A DNA stretch of 64,000 nt from an uncultured Syntrophales bacterium (GCA_964650385.1 CAZYTP010000002.1:5302-69301); one strand, 5' to 3'. Counted from the first letter of the stretch, positions 35,218 through 45,045 are shown. Notes: generated by a model not told the origin, from the letters alone. A program made the numbers and translations.

Positions 35218-36597
35218 ATGTCAGGTATTAGCGCGCTAAATATAGCAAAGGATTCGTTATTAAGTCATCAGACTGCCATTAACGTCACGGGTAGCAATAT
35301 CGCCAACGTGAATACTGAGGGATATACAAGGCAGCGGCCTATATTCTGCACCGTTGGTTCGTCAAATATTGGGGCTGGTCAGGTTCAGTATGGCGTGGAG
35401 GTCGATCAGATACAAAGAATATACGATCAATTTATTACATATCAGATCCATGAACAAAATCAGGATATCGGATACACTGAAGCGAAAAAAGAACAACTTG
35501 AGAGAATAGAGATTATTTTAAATGAAACAACCGGAGAGGGCATAGATGATTTGTTCAATAAGTTCTGGAATGCCTGGGAAGATCTGTCGGCAAACCCGAG
35601 TGGTCAGACAGAAAGGGAGGCTCTCGTTTCTGTTACTCAAAGCCTTACATATGTATTCCGGTCATACAGCAGTGAACTTGTTACGCTGCAGAAAGATGTT
35701 AATTCAAACATATCGGCACTTGTTGACACTATCAATAGTGATTTGTCAAGCATTGCGGCGTTGAATCAAAAGATAACGCAAAATGCAACGGGAAAAGGAG
35801 ATACCAACATTTTCCGCGATGAGAGGGACAAGATTGTCAAAGAGTTGGCTGGAATAATTGAGATAAATTATTTCGAAGACGCGTCCGGTGCTTTGAATAT
35901 CTTTATTTCCAACGGGCTGGCCCTTGTCGAGGAGGGAAGATATAATTCGCTTGCTGTCGAGACAAACGAGGATACTTATTACGATATAATTTTCGAAGAT
36001 GCCCCGGGCGTAGCGATAAACAGTAATATTACAACCGGGAAAATTGCGGGTTTATTAGAAATTCGGGATACGACGACGGTAAGTTATCTGAGTAGTCTTA
36101 ATACACTTGCGGCCGAGCTTGTACAGGAAGTTAATGACAAACACCAGGAAGGCTTTGATACGAGTGGTAATCTAGGTGGTAATTTCTTCGACGCAACAAA
36201 GACAACCGCCCTGACGATTGAAGTCGATGCCGCCATCATAGCTGATGTAAACAAAATAGCGGCATCGGAAACCGTAAATGGAGATGGTAACAATGCTTTG
36301 AATATTGCCGGACTCAGGGACGAACTTGTCCTGAACAGTGGCAGTTCTACTTTTATTGACTATTATTCGTCATTTATCGGAACGGTCGGACAGGACGTTT
36401 TATATGCGGATCGAGCATTTGAACATAACACGGATCTCATGGAACAGTTGACCAGTAAAAGGGAGTCAGTATCAGGGGTATCTATTGACGAGGAAATGAT
36501 GAGCCTGATTAAGTATCAGACAGGCTATACTGCAGCGGCCAGGCTTTGTACAACCGTGCAGGCGCTTGTGGATGATTTGCTGGGGTTGGTTGGTTAG
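35218..36597 (+). CDS. flgK: Hook-associated protein 1 FlgK
   Basis: 459 aa. N-terminus ISALNIAKDSLLSHQTAINVTGSNIANVNTEGYTRQ and C-terminus VSIDEEMMSLIKYQTGYTAAARLCTTVQALVDDLL. Confidence 0.9.
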   Translation: MSGISALNIAKDSLLSHQTAINVTGSNIANVNTEGYTRQRPIFCTVGSSNIGAGQVQYGVEVDQIQRIYDQFITYQIHEQNQDIGYTEAKKEQLERIEIILNETTGEGIDDLFNKFWNAWEDLSANPSGQTEREALVSVTQSLTYVFRSYSSELVTLQKDVNSNISALVDTINSDLSSIAALNQKITQNATGKGDTNIFRDERDKIVKELAGIIEINYFEDASGALNIFISNGLALVEEGRYNSLAVETNEDTYYDIIFEDAPGVAINSNITTGKIAGLLEIRDTTTVSYLSSLNTLAAELVQEVNDKHQEGFDTSGNLGGNFFDATKTTALTIEVDAAIIADVNKIAASETVNGDGNNALNIAGLRDELVLNSGSSTFIDYYSSFIGTVGQDVLYADRAFEHNTDLMEQLTSKRESVSGVSIDEEMMSLIKYQTGYTAAARLCTTVQALVDDLLGLVG

Positions 36598-36620
36598 TTA
36601 GGGGGGTAAGCTCAATGGTA

Positions 36621-37817
36621 ATGCGGATTTCGGACAATATGAAGTTCAACACGATCATTAATAATCTTTTCAGTGCACAGGAAAAGTACAATGATTTGAT
36701 GGAGAAAGTGGCGTCTGAAAAGTCTATAAATAGACCGTCTGACGATCCTCTCGGATTGAGCATTGTGATGAAATATCGAGAATCACAGTCGGCCGTTATT
36801 AGTTATCAACGCAATGTTGACACTGCAAGGGGCTGGATTAACATGTCCGAATCAAAACTGTCGGCAGTCGATGACCTTCTGATAAATGCCCGTGAAATAG
36901 CCGTTGCCCAGTCAAATGCCACGATGACAGCCGAAAGCAGGGAAACCGCCGCCGTCATGGTTCAGCAGATAATTGATGAAATGAGCTCAATTGCAAATTC
37001 AAAATACGGGAACAATTATCTCTTTGCCGGGACAAAAATGGATGCAGCCCCGTTTTCTTCGTCCAGTCGGGGTGCTACTGCTATAGGGACGGCAACTGCT
37101 GCTACTGACAATACGTTTGACGGTACCGTGGCATCAGGTGGTACATATACAGGCACGGTAAACAAGACTTATGCCGTGAAAATTATTACCGGTGGAGCAT
37201 TTGCCGATGCTGAATATAAGGTTTCAAGTGATGGGGGGAAAACCTGGGGTGCAACGAATACTGATCTGGATACTGGAACTATAACCATCGGTGAGGGGAT
37301 AGATCTTACTTTTACTGCCGGAGCTGTTGATCTGGCAGCAAATGACATCTTTTATGTGAACGGTCTGACAGCTGGCTATTATAACGGCAATGGTGAGGAA
37401 CTATCCGTGGAGATAGGTAAAGACGCTACATTAAACTATTCGATTCCCGGTGAAGATATTTTTACCGATAAGGGAGATGGAGAGGTTGATATCTTTGAAT
37501 CGTTGAATGATTTGAAAACAGCGCTTGAAAACAATTCACCCATTGACATAGCCGCTGAGATCGATAATCTTAAAGCGGGGTCTGAACAGGCCAATAAATG
37601 TAGAGCAAAATGCGGAATACTAATCAATAGACTGGAATTTACCGAGAGCAGCCTTACGGATCTCGATTTTGGATTGACTGAATTGATTTCAAAAAAAGAA
37701 GATGTTGATATAACCGAAATCATAACGAAATTTTCCATGCAGGAGATTGTTTTGGAGGCCACGTATGCAATGGCATCTAAAGTCGGCAATATTTCAATTC
37801 TAGACTTCATCAGATAA
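36621..37817 (+). CDS. flgL: Hook-associated protein 3 FlgL
   Basis: [45 protein letters not shown] is a flagellin-like N-terminus. An alternative ATG lies at 36615. Confidence 0.85.
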   Translation: MRISDNMKFNTIINNLFSAQEKYNDLMEKVASEKSINRPSDDPLGLSIVMKYRESQSAVISYQRNVDTARGWINMSESKLSAVDDLLINAREIAVAQSNATMTAESRETAAVMVQQIIDEMSSIANSKYGNNYLFAGTKMDAAPFSSSSRGATAIGTATAATDNTFDGTVASGGTYTGTVNKTYAVKIITGGAFADAEYKVSSDGGKTWGATNTDLDTGTITIGEGIDLTFTAGAVDLAANDIFYVNGLTAGYYNGNGEELSVEIGKDATLNYSIPGEDIFTDKGDGEVDIFESLNDLKTALENNSPIDIAAEIDNLKAGSEQANKCRAKCGILINRLEFTESSLTDLDFGLTELISKKEDVDITEIITKFSMQEIVLEATYAMASKVGNISILDFIR

Positions 37818-37827
37818 GGTTAAGCGT

Positions 37828-38082
37828 ATGTTAATCCTGACAAGGAAGTTGGGGGAATCAATAAGGATCGGCGATGACATAAAGATCGTCGTTTCGGATA
37901 TAAAGGGGAAACAGATAAGAATAGGGATTGAAGCGCCGGAAGACGTAAGCATTCATCGTGAAGAAGTTTATCAAATGATTCAAGAGCAGAACCTTCTGGC
38001 AGCTCAATTTGATCATAAAGGTGATAAAGAACTTGTACATCTCTGGAAAAGGCTAAAGAAGCAAAAGGAGGAACGTAAGTGA
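37828..38082 (+). CDS. csrA: Carbon storage regulator CsrA (flagellar type)
   Basis: [48 protein letters not shown] is the near-consensus CsrA core. There is a C-terminal extension, as in FliW-partnered CsrA proteins. Confidence 0.92.
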   Translation: MLILTRKLGESIRIGDDIKIVVSDIKGKQIRIGIEAPEDVSIHREEVYQMIQEQNLLAAQFDHKGDKELVHLWKRLKKQKEERK

Positions 38083-38576
38083 ACATCTCGACAACTCGAT
38101 TCGGTGACATTAATATTGACGAATCCACCATTGTTCATATGAAAGGGGGAATACTGGGGTTTGAACATTTTAAAAGGTATGCTCTCCTCACGCATGATGT
38201 AAATATTCCCTTCTGGTGGTTTCAGTCTGTTGATGATGGTTCGATAGCCTTTGTTGTTATAAATTCTTTCATGGTTAGAGCCGATTATGAACCGGTTATA
38301 TCGGGCAGTGAGGTTGAATTACTTAAAATCGAATCTCCGGAGGATGTTGTTTTGATGTCTATTGTGACTATCAGTACCGATCCGTTTACAATAACAGCAA
38401 ACCTGAAAGCCCCCATTGTAATCAATTCGAAGAATAGACTGGCAAGGCAGGTTGTTATCCAGGAACCGGATTATCCTCTCCGATATTCCATAGCAGATCC
38501 CGAGATGCTTGCTAAAGGCGATGAGAATATTTATATTTCTGGAATAAAAAATATTTCCTCTGAACTGGCTCCGTAG
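38079..38576 (+). CDS. fliW: Flagellar assembly factor FliW
   Basis: 165 aa. [33 protein letters not shown] and [22 protein letters not shown] are FliW signatures. It overlaps the csrA stop. Confidence 0.9.
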   Translation: MNISTTRFGDINIDESTIVHMKGGILGFEHFKRYALLTHDVNIPFWWFQSVDDGSIAFVVINSFMVRADYEPVISGSEVELLKIESPEDVVLMSIVTISTDPFTITANLKAPIVINSKNRLARQVVIQEPDYPLRYSIADPEMLAKGDENIYISGIKNISSELAP

Positions 38577-38600
38577 ACAGAAGAGATTTACGCAAAAAAA

Positions 38601-38624
38601 AAGTCTCTTGCAATCAAGAGACTT
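38601..38624. terminator. Bidirectional hairpin terminator between convergent fliW and flaG
   Basis: AAGTCTCTTG-CAAT-CAAGAGACTT is a perfect 10-bp stem preceded by an A-run (38594-38602) that reads as a T-run on the - strand. On the + strand only TTT follows the stem. Confidence 0.7.
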
Positions 38625-38658
38625 TGTGAAATATCAATAAAACATGGGATCACGGTGG

Positions 38659-38997
38659 CTACACCTGATCATTAAATATCATACCAACCATTTCCTCCAT
38701 TTTTACAGCTAATCGCTGAACTTCTTCAGAAGGAATTTCTCTAATTACCCTTCCAGTTTCCTTTTCAGTTACCGTAACAGCGATTTTTTCATCATCTTTT
38801 CCGTATGTTGAGAAAGCCAAATTTATGTTCATGCTGTCCAGATTCTTCTGGATATCTTCTGCTAACTCTTTAATGGCCTTGTTGTCAACCGTTTGGGAGC
38901 TTACAGTTGGAGAAGGACTGGGGGCAAAAGGTTTGACAGACGAGTCCGCTCGAACATTCACGGCCACTTCATCTATTTTAGTGATGGGAAGATCCAT
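38659..38997 (-). CDS. flaG: Flagellar protein FlaG
   Basis: 112 aa. LAFSTYGKDDEKIAVTVTEKETGRVIREIPSEEVQRLAVKMEEMVGMIFN matches the FlaG C-terminal consensus. Confidence 0.8.
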   Translation of the reverse strand: MDLPITKIDEVAVNVRADSSVKPFAPSPSPTVSSQTVDNKAIKELAEDIQKNLDSMNINLAFSTYGKDDEKIAVTVTEKETGRVIREIPSEEVQRLAVKMEEMVGMIFNDQV

Positions 38998-39039
38998 GTT
39001 TCACCCTCCTTGGCTTATAAGACACTTCCTTCAACATTA

Positions 39040-39067
39040 TTATCGGCATTTTTTAATAAAGACTTTA
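39040..39067 (-). promoter_or_regulatory. Sigma-28 promoter upstream of flaG
   Basis: The - strand reads TAAAGTCT...GCCGATAA (TAAA-N16-GCCGATAA). It lies 43 nt upstream of the flaG ATG. Confidence 0.7.
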
Positions 39068-39092
39068 ATTCCAATTCAACATTTTTTATTTT

Positions 39093-39569
39093 TTATGTTT
39101 TGATATCTAAAAATCTGGGCTTACTTTCTTTGTGAATATTGGGTGCATAACCTTCCTTAATCCCATTTCGAGATTGACTGAACTTAATTAGCTGATTTTT
39201 AATATTACCATGATGAATCTGGAGCATCGTTTCAAGCTCCTTGTTCAGATGAGCCGCTTTTACTGCTGTGTCTTCAATAGCTTTTACTGTTGCCTCAATT
39301 TTTATCTTTGACCCATCTGGCAAGGCTGATACGGATGATAAATCATCCTCTTTTATTTCACTGATTCGGGTGTCAATCCTGTCAATTGTGGTAACACAAT
39401 CCTGACGTTTTTCTATAAGTGTTTCAATCTTTTCAAAATCATGTATATCGGACATTTCTTGCAACGATACCGTTGCGGAAAGAAAATTTCTGAACGCATC
39501 CAGTTTTTGATCTAACAGATTGCAGATGTGGCTTGTTGATTCATTGATGGGTTCCATTTTCGGCTCCAT
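39093..39569 (-). CDS. Hypothetical all-helical protein between fliS and flaG (possible FliT/FlgN-type chaperone)
   Basis: 158 aa. LLDQKLDAFRNFLSATVSLQEMSDIHDFEKIETLIEKRQDCVTTIDRID has a helical heptad character. It lies 4 nt after the fliS stop. I recognise no family. Confidence 0.5.
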   Translation of the reverse strand: MEPKMEPINESTSHICNLLDQKLDAFRNFLSATVSLQEMSDIHDFEKIETLIEKRQDCVTTIDRIDTRISEIKEDDLSSVSALPDGSKIKIEATVKAIEDTAVKAAHLNKELETMLQIHHGNIKNQLIKFSQSRNGIKEGYAPNIHKESKPRFLDIKT

Positions 39570-39573
39570 TTGC

Positions 39574-40005
39574 CTACCTCGGGAGATTCTCTGTAATCAA
39601 CGATGTTTGCTGGAATGTTTCCACGTTGTAATTTGTAGGGATGTATGAGATATCCCTCCATGCCGATTCGAGCTCTTCGAGTATTCCGATAATTTCATCG
39701 AAACTCCTCAAATCCTTTTGTAAGTCCCCTTCGGACAGGCGGCGCAATATATAATTATATAATGATTCAAGGGAAATGGCTATTTCCCCGCCTCTTTCAA
39801 AATCGAGGGATTGCATTAATAGAGCCAGAATATCCTGTACTTTTTGGATAGCTTTGGCTTTTGCCTCGTATTCTTGAGAATGATATTTTGCCTTTGCTAT
39901 TTTCATATTGGTAATCATTCCTTCATAGCACATTATTACGAGTGTTTTGGGATCTGCTGTTTCCACGTTTGTCTGTTTGTATACGTTGATTTTGTTTCTA
40001 TACAT
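39574..40005 (-). CDS. fliS: Flagellin export chaperone FliS
   Basis: 143 aa. VETADPKTLVIMCYEGMITNMKIAKAKY...KAIQKVQDILALLMQSLDFERGGEIAISLESLYNYILRRL is the FliS consensus. The RBS is AAGGAGG. Confidence 0.92.
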   Translation of the reverse strand: MYRNKINVYKQTNVETADPKTLVIMCYEGMITNMKIAKAKYHSQEYEAKAKAIQKVQDILALLMQSLDFERGGEIAISLESLYNYILRRLSEGDLQKDLRSFDEIIGILEELESAWRDISYIPTNYNVETFQQTSLITENLPR

Positions 40006-40051
40006 GAAAAAAAACCTCCTTGTTTTTGAATTACTTCCTCTTCAAATATAT

Positions 40052-40100
40052 CCGATTCCCGTTCCCCGATGAGGGTCGAGGACAAGCTTTACGGGAATGG
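40052..40100. repeat. Hairpin element in the fliD/fliS spacer (family C, single copy here)
   Basis: CCGATTCCCGT...(27-nt loop)...ACGGGAATGG with an 8-bp stem ATTCCCGT/ACGGGAAT. It resembles the short palindromic intergenic elements common in environmental genomes. Confidence 0.5.
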
Positions 40101-40122
40101 CAAACCGTACTGCCGGGTTCTA

Positions 40123-43100
40123 CTAGCCCCAGGCGCTCCACGATGCGGAGATCTGACTGCTGAGCCAGTCGCTCTGGTTTTGTATATTGCTTAAAGCAAG
40201 TTCCATGGCCACATACTCGTTGATCAGTTTTTCCAGCTTCCGGTTAAGTCGCGCCTCCATGTCTGAAATCTGATCTTCAAGACTCTCAATGCTATTTCCA
40301 AGGGATGTCTGTTTATATGTAACGTATCCGTCAGTGCTATTGGTAACAAACCCGAGCCTGCGATCCATAAGCTCACCAATCCCGAGGGTAAGCGTAAAGG
40401 TTGCCCCGTCCTCCACCGCTATGGTGCTTGTGCCTGTGTAACTTATCGATAACCCGTCTGCGTTATTTCCGTCACTGTTCAGTGTCAGTATTTGACCACT
40501 GCAGGTTGCATCCAGACCGTTGATGGTTCCATCAACATTTACACCCCATACCTGCGATACGCCGTTTATCCCCAGCGGATCATCTACGGTGTTGGTGTGG
40601 GATACAACAATACCGTGACCGGTTCCATATGTGTTGTGGGTGAAAAGAATCTTGTCCTCAGATGTCTTGGATGCAGTAATGGGTATGGTGTAGCGACCCT
40701 CGGTTGTTGTGGTAACCGAGCCTAAATTCAGACCGTCAACTGCCGAAGTATCGATTGTAAACTCTAATTGGCTGTCCCCGGCCTGTGTGCCGGTTATGAT
40801 TAATTTGCCGTTGCTATCCAGGGTAGCGGTCACATCGTCTTCAAACATATCTTCGATGGTTTCCAGAAGGTCACCGAGGGTCTCAGTAGTTGAATCACCG
40901 ATGGTGTAGCTGCCGGATACTGTGAGACCGTTTTGTCTTGCTCCTGAAAAAGTTATTACCGCGTTATCACTGTCCGCGTCGATGGAGCTGAACGTGGTAG
41001 ATATCGTATGGCCTGTGTCAATACTTCCCTGGAGTACTTCCGTGACTTCCTCGGCAAACTCTGAATTGATGGCGTTAACCACGTCATCTATGCTGTCACC
41101 GCTGGTGAGGCTCACGGTGGCCTCCCTGTCTGTCTCCCAGTCCGTGATGGTAAGTGTGTCACTGGCACTGAGTCCACCGCCCCCTATGGCGGTCAGACCT
41201 GTGAACGAGGATTGTGTGGCTGCCGCAGAGATTGTTACATCATATGTGCCTCCCTCTGTGTTATCCGAATGTCCGACTAATGTCATAGTGGAGTATGGAG
41301 AAGATCCGGAAGCAATGAAAAGCTTTCTCACATCATCAAAATTTGTTTCGAGGTAATCCGTGAGATCATTATCATCAGAGCCATCGTCATCGATAACCAG
41401 GTTGAGCTTATTATATTCCCCCTCGTCAGTGTCCACCACGTCCAAGGTGATCCCGATCAGCGCCAGTTTGTTATAATTACTTGACGCCCCGGTAACCGTG
41501 CTCGTGACCGTATTGATGAGTTCTGACTTGATAGTGGAGAGCATGCCATCACCGAAGAGGATACCCCCAACCTCTTTTGTGTCTTCATCGTAGGTGAACT
41601 GAGTATTGATGTAGTTCAATATGGTATTGTAGGCGCTAACCATGTCTTCGATCTTTGTCTTTATGGTGGCAAGATCCCGCTCGACCTTGAGTGTTACGGT
41701 GGTATCGGAATCTTCTCCCACAAGATTCAGGGTCGCACCCGCGATAACATCGTTAATGGTGTTGGAAGATTTTGTTATGGTCACGTTGTCCACTACGATT
41801 TCCGCGTCTTCACCAGCGACCACCTGTCTGCTGCGGCCTTCGGTGGTCATGGTGACCTCACCGAAATTAAGGGTCCCGCCGCCTGCGTTGTCGCAAATCA
41901 TAGAAACTTCCAGTTGACTTTCGCCGCTGGAACCGTCCGTGATCGTCAGCTTGCCGCCTGAGAAGGAGGCCGTGACCGTAGCACCAAACGCGGCTTGAAT
42001 ATGAGTTATAAGATCATCCACACAGTCATGATCCGCATTACCGGTGTCTACTATAAACTCTGTGGTGGTGGCGTCTGTGCCATCATGCTTTGTTCCAGAG
42101 ATCGTAATTTTATCACCATTTACCACGCTGGCCGAGCTACCCCCAATCTTGAGGTCCGTCATCAACGTGGCAGGAGCGCCTTCGAGGGCGGTATCAGCAG
42201 CATTCTGTATGACCACGGTGCCAGCATGTACCTCGGTCGTATTACCGTATGTCCCCTGAAGAATGCCAAGGGTCTGGAGGACGTTGCTGTTGCCGGTAGT
42301 ACTCTCCGCAAAGGAGGTGGTGCCACTGATATCTATCCGGTATTTTGTCTCCCCGCTCACGGTTTCGGAGACTACCTCGGCCGAGATGCCTGCAAGGGCA
42401 TCTATCTTTTGTGCAATTGTCGTGAGGGATTCGGTATCACTGGAGAGGTCTATGCTTACGTCTAAACCGCCTACCTTTATGTCTGTAATTTCACCCGGCG
42501 CACTGGACAATCCTAATAGTGTCTTGATTGCCCCGCTGGAACTGGCAAAAAGGTCGCTCTTGGCCCCGTCGCTGGTGGCCGTCTTGATGGTAGTTGATCC
42601 GCTTATAAAACCCATCTCCTCAAGGATATTGTCGCCTCCGCTATATGCCCCCTCGAGAACGCTCAGACCGTCTTCGCCTGTGTCATCGCACGTCAAAACG
42701 AGATGATAATTCGTGGAAGAATGTGAAACGATACCGGCTGTTACATTTGAAGGGTCTGTACCCGTGTTTACGGAATTTATTTTGTCTTTGATATCAGACA
42801 GTGTGTCGGTAATGGTTATATTTACCGCTGTTCCCGAGACCATGATATCGCCACTGAGGTTGAGGGCGGTGTTTGTGGCTGTATAGTTTGAGGAAGATAT
42901 TTTTTCAGATTGTGCAAGATTATTGACCACAATGTTATACAGACCGGGAGAGGCCGTGGAACTGGTGGTGGCGCTTAGCACATTGGATGCAGATGTCGCT
43001 GTGTTGGACGTGGTGCCTGATGTGTACACATTAAAGGCGCTCTCCGTGCTCAGGGCGGCGGAAGCCGTCTTGAGAGACAGGAGCATGCTGTTTACGTTCT

Positions 43101-43248
43101 GCCATTCAGCCAGTTGAGATTCGTATTCGGTTTTTTTATCCTCGACCAGATCGACACGGCGGTGGTCGATCGCAATCAACTGGTCGACTATACTCCGCCA
43201 GTCAAAACCGCTGACCAACCCGCTTATCAGATTGGTACTGGTAGCCAT
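40123..43248 (-). CDS. fliD: Filament cap protein FliD (HAP2), unusually long at 1041 aa
   Basis: N-terminus NLISGLVSGFDWRSIVDQLIAIDHRRVDLVEDKKTEYESQLAEWQ, central cap motif GEDAEIVVDNVTITKSSNTINDVIAGATLNLV...VSAYNTILNYI, and C-terminal coiled coil IESLEDQISDMEARLNRKLEKLINEYVAMELALSNIQ. There are internal duplicated modules. Confidence 0.85.
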   Translation of the reverse strand: MATSTNLISGLVSGFDWRSIVDQLIAIDHRRVDLVEDKKTEYESQLAEWQNVNSMLLSLKTASAALSTESAFNVYTSGTTSNTATSASNVLSATTSSTASPGLYNIVVNNLAQSEKISSSNYTATNTALNLSGDIMVSGTAVNITITDTLSDIKDKINSVNTGTDPSNVTAGIVSHSSTNYHLVLTCDDTGEDGLSVLEGAYSGGDNILEEMGFISGSTTIKTATSDGAKSDLFASSSGAIKTLLGLSSAPGEITDIKVGGLDVSIDLSSDTESLTTIAQKIDALAGISAEVVSETVSGETKYRIDISGTTSFAESTTGNSNVLQTLGILQGTYGNTTEVHAGTVVIQNAADTALEGAPATLMTDLKIGGSSASVVNGDKITISGTKHDGTDATTTEFIVDTGNADHDCVDDLITHIQAAFGATVTASFSGGKLTITDGSSGESQLEVSMICDNAGGGTLNFGEVTMTTEGRSRQVVAGEDAEIVVDNVTITKSSNTINDVIAGATLNLVGEDSDTTVTLKVERDLATIKTKIEDMVSAYNTILNYINTQFTYDEDTKEVGGILFGDGMLSTIKSELINTVTSTVTGASSNYNKLALIGITLDVVDTDEGEYNKLNLVIDDDGSDDNDLTDYLETNFDDVRKLFIASGSSPYSTMTLVGHSDNTEGGTYDVTISAAATQSSFTGLTAIGGGGLSASDTLTITDWETDREATVSLTSGDSIDDVVNAINSEFAEEVTEVLQGSIDTGHTISTTFSSIDADSDNAVITFSGARQNGLTVSGSYTIGDSTTETLGDLLETIEDMFEDDVTATLDSNGKLIITGTQAGDSQLEFTIDTSAVDGLNLGSVTTTTEGRYTIPITASKTSEDKILFTHNTYGTGHGIVVSHTNTVDDPLGINGVSQVWGVNVDGTINGLDATCSGQILTLNSDGNNADGLSISYTGTSTIAVEDGATFTLTLGIGELMDRRLGFVTNSTDGYVTYKQTSLGNSIESLEDQISDMEARLNRKLEKLINEYVAMELALSNIQNQSDWLSSQISASWSAWG

Positions 43249-43297
43249 TGTTGTCCTCCATTATTCGGGTAGGCAATTTACGACTTGTTTTCAATTA

Positions 43298-43325
43298 TTA
43301 TCGGAAAATATTGCCCGAAACTTTA
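43298..43325 (-). promoter_or_regulatory. Sigma-28 promoter upstream of fliD
   Basis: The - strand reads TAAAGTTT...TCCGATAA (TAAA-N16-TCCGATAA), about 50 nt upstream of the fliD ATG. Confidence 0.7.
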
Positions 43326-43474
43326 GGGTTATTTGCTTATTATAATCGGTTTACGCAAAAATAATCATTGTATTCTAAGTTAGTTATATTGTATGTCTGG
43401 TTTTTGTGCAGTCGATTTTCTGACTTTTCTAAAGTTGCTATTAATAGATAAAGCAATATGTCTGCCAAAAAAAA

Positions 43475-43496
43475 ACCGCCCCCGAAAAGGAGCGGT
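43475..43496 (-). terminator. Hairpin terminator downstream of flagellin
   Basis: ACCGCCCC-CGAAAA-GGAGCGGT forms a stem flanked by an A9 run on one side and a T9 run on the other, so it reads as an intrinsic terminator on either strand. It lies 45 nt past the flagellin stop. Confidence 0.75.
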
Positions 43497-43540
43497 CTTT
43501 TTTTGAACTTTTTTCAGTTTTGAGATAAATATCTACCTCA

Positions 43541-44959
43541 TTAACCGAATAGTGACAGTACCTGCTGAGGTGCCATGTTTGCCTGCGCAAGCATTGCAGT
43601 ACCCGCCTGGAGCAGGATCTGGTTCTTGGTGAAGTTTGTCATCTCTGATGCCATATCAACATCGCGGATGACCGACTCGGCGGCCTGTACGTTTTCAACC
43701 ATTGTTGCCAGGTTCGCAGCGGCGTAGCTCAGCCTGTTCATGGCGGAACCGATATCACCACGTCTGTCAGACAGCGAACTGATAGCAGTATCGACAAGGT
43801 CGAGCATGCTCTGGGCTTCAGTGGCGCTGTCCAGGAAGTTGTACGTCAGGCCCAATCCGGTTGTTTCGGTTGCTCGAACACTGCTGACGGCGAAGGAGAG
43901 CTGGTTATCGGCAGCGTTTTCTGCTCCGACCTGGAAAGTGGACCCAGCGCTACCGGTTGAGCTTACAAGAAAGACGGTGTTGTCGAGATCGTCTTGATTC
44001 CACGTTGATCCAAGATTGAATGTAATTCCGAGCTTGTCGAAATTCATCGATGTCGCTGTCCCCGATACAATATTGGAAATCGTCTGCTGAATTGACCCGT
44101 TGTTAAGCGTCATCGTAGTCGCAGTATCGCTAATTGTCCATGAACCGGTATCGGCTCCTGTCACGTTTAAGCTTGTGAGGCCGGTCTGTTTAAAAGCTAT
44201 TGTTCCTGCGTCAAGGTTGGCCGAATTACCAGCGACCGCGGTAATGGAAAAGGTGAGACCGAGATTGGTAAACGTTACAGTTTGGGCACCTGCCATGTCC
44301 GCCGTGGTGATCGACTCCGTTACGGTACCATTGCCCAATGCCAGTGCCGAACTGGTGGTGACGGAAAAGGTATAGGTGCTTGCATCGATATCAGTTGCCA
44401 ACCCAAGCATGGTGACCGCAACAGATGTCGCAGAGTCTGCTGTTGACCACACCTGGGCCATACTGTTTTCGATACCCAGTTGGGTACTGGCTTTACCAGC
44501 AGTTGAATATACCGTTGATGTTTTGCTTGCACCAAATGTCCCGTCAAGCAGGCATGTTGATCCGTACTTGGTACTACTGGCGATACGGTCAATTTCCGAT
44601 ACGAGGGCGTTACCCTCGGCGTTGATCTTTGATCGCTCGGCAGTTCCGACGTTCGCGGAAGCAGCCTGTGTGGCGAGCTCTTTCAGACGGGTAAGCATGT
44701 TCCCGATCTGGTCCATACCACCTTCAGCGACCTGCAAGAGAGCCGATGCTTCAGATGTATTTCTTGAAGCGACATTAAAGCTTGCTATATCTGCACGGAA
44801 AGATGAAGAAATAGCGAGACCAGCGGCGTCATCCGCTGCCTTGTTGATACGATAACCAGATGAGAGTCTTTCGAGAGATTTGGTAAGACCGTCATTACTG
44901 GTACTCAGAAATCTCTGAGTGGTCATTGCCGCAATATTATTTGCAATTCGCATTGCCAT
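43541..44959 (-). CDS. fliC: Flagellin
   Basis: Start moved to ATG 44959 after AAGGAGGA, giving 472 aa: MAMRIANNIAAMTTQRFLSTSNDGLTKSLERLSSGYRINKAADDAAGLAIS at the N-terminus and VIRDVDMASEMTNFTKNQILLQAGTAMLAQANMAPQQVLSLFG at the C-terminus. The central domain is S/T-rich. Confidence 0.93.
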   Translation of the reverse strand: MAMRIANNIAAMTTQRFLSTSNDGLTKSLERLSSGYRINKAADDAAGLAISSSFRADIASFNVASRNTSEASALLQVAEGGMDQIGNMLTRLKELATQAASANVGTAERSKINAEGNALVSEIDRIASSTKYGSTCLLDGTFGASKTSTVYSTAGKASTQLGIENSMAQVWSTADSATSVAVTMLGLATDIDASTYTFSVTTSSALALGNGTVTESITTADMAGAQTVTFTNLGLTFSITAVAGNSANLDAGTIAFKQTGLTSLNVTGADTGSWTISDTATTMTLNNGSIQQTISNIVSGTATSMNFDKLGITFNLGSTWNQDDLDNTVFLVSSTGSAGSTFQVGAENAADNQLSFAVSSVRATETTGLGLTYNFLDSATEAQSMLDLVDTAISSLSDRRGDIGSAMNRLSYAAANLATMVENVQAAESVIRDVDMASEMTNFTKNQILLQAGTAMLAQANMAPQQVLSLFG

Positions 44960-45029
44960 GGTTGTAATCCTCCTTGATTTTATGTTTGTTTTTGCGCTGT
45001 GTGCTAAAAACTGTTTGCTATTAGCACGC

Positions 45030-45045
45030 TTGGCATCCTTGCCAA
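45030..45045 (-). promoter_or_regulatory. CsrA-type binding hairpin in the flagellin 5' leader
   Basis: The - strand reads UUGGCA-AGGA-UGCCAA: a perfect 6-bp stem presenting AGGA in the loop (GCAAGGAUGC resembles the CsrA SELEX core ARGGAUG). A second GGA pair lies in the SD (AAGGAGGA, 44968-44975). Confidence 0.6.

Noticed and set aside
40492-44855. Many long antisense (+ strand) ORFs inside fliD and flagellin (e.g. 40922..41356, 41995..42465, 42263..42706, 44376..44855).
   Set aside because: They lie entirely opposite strongly supported genes whose T/S/A/G-rich codon composition removes stop codons on the antisense strand. They have no start context or recognisable motifs.
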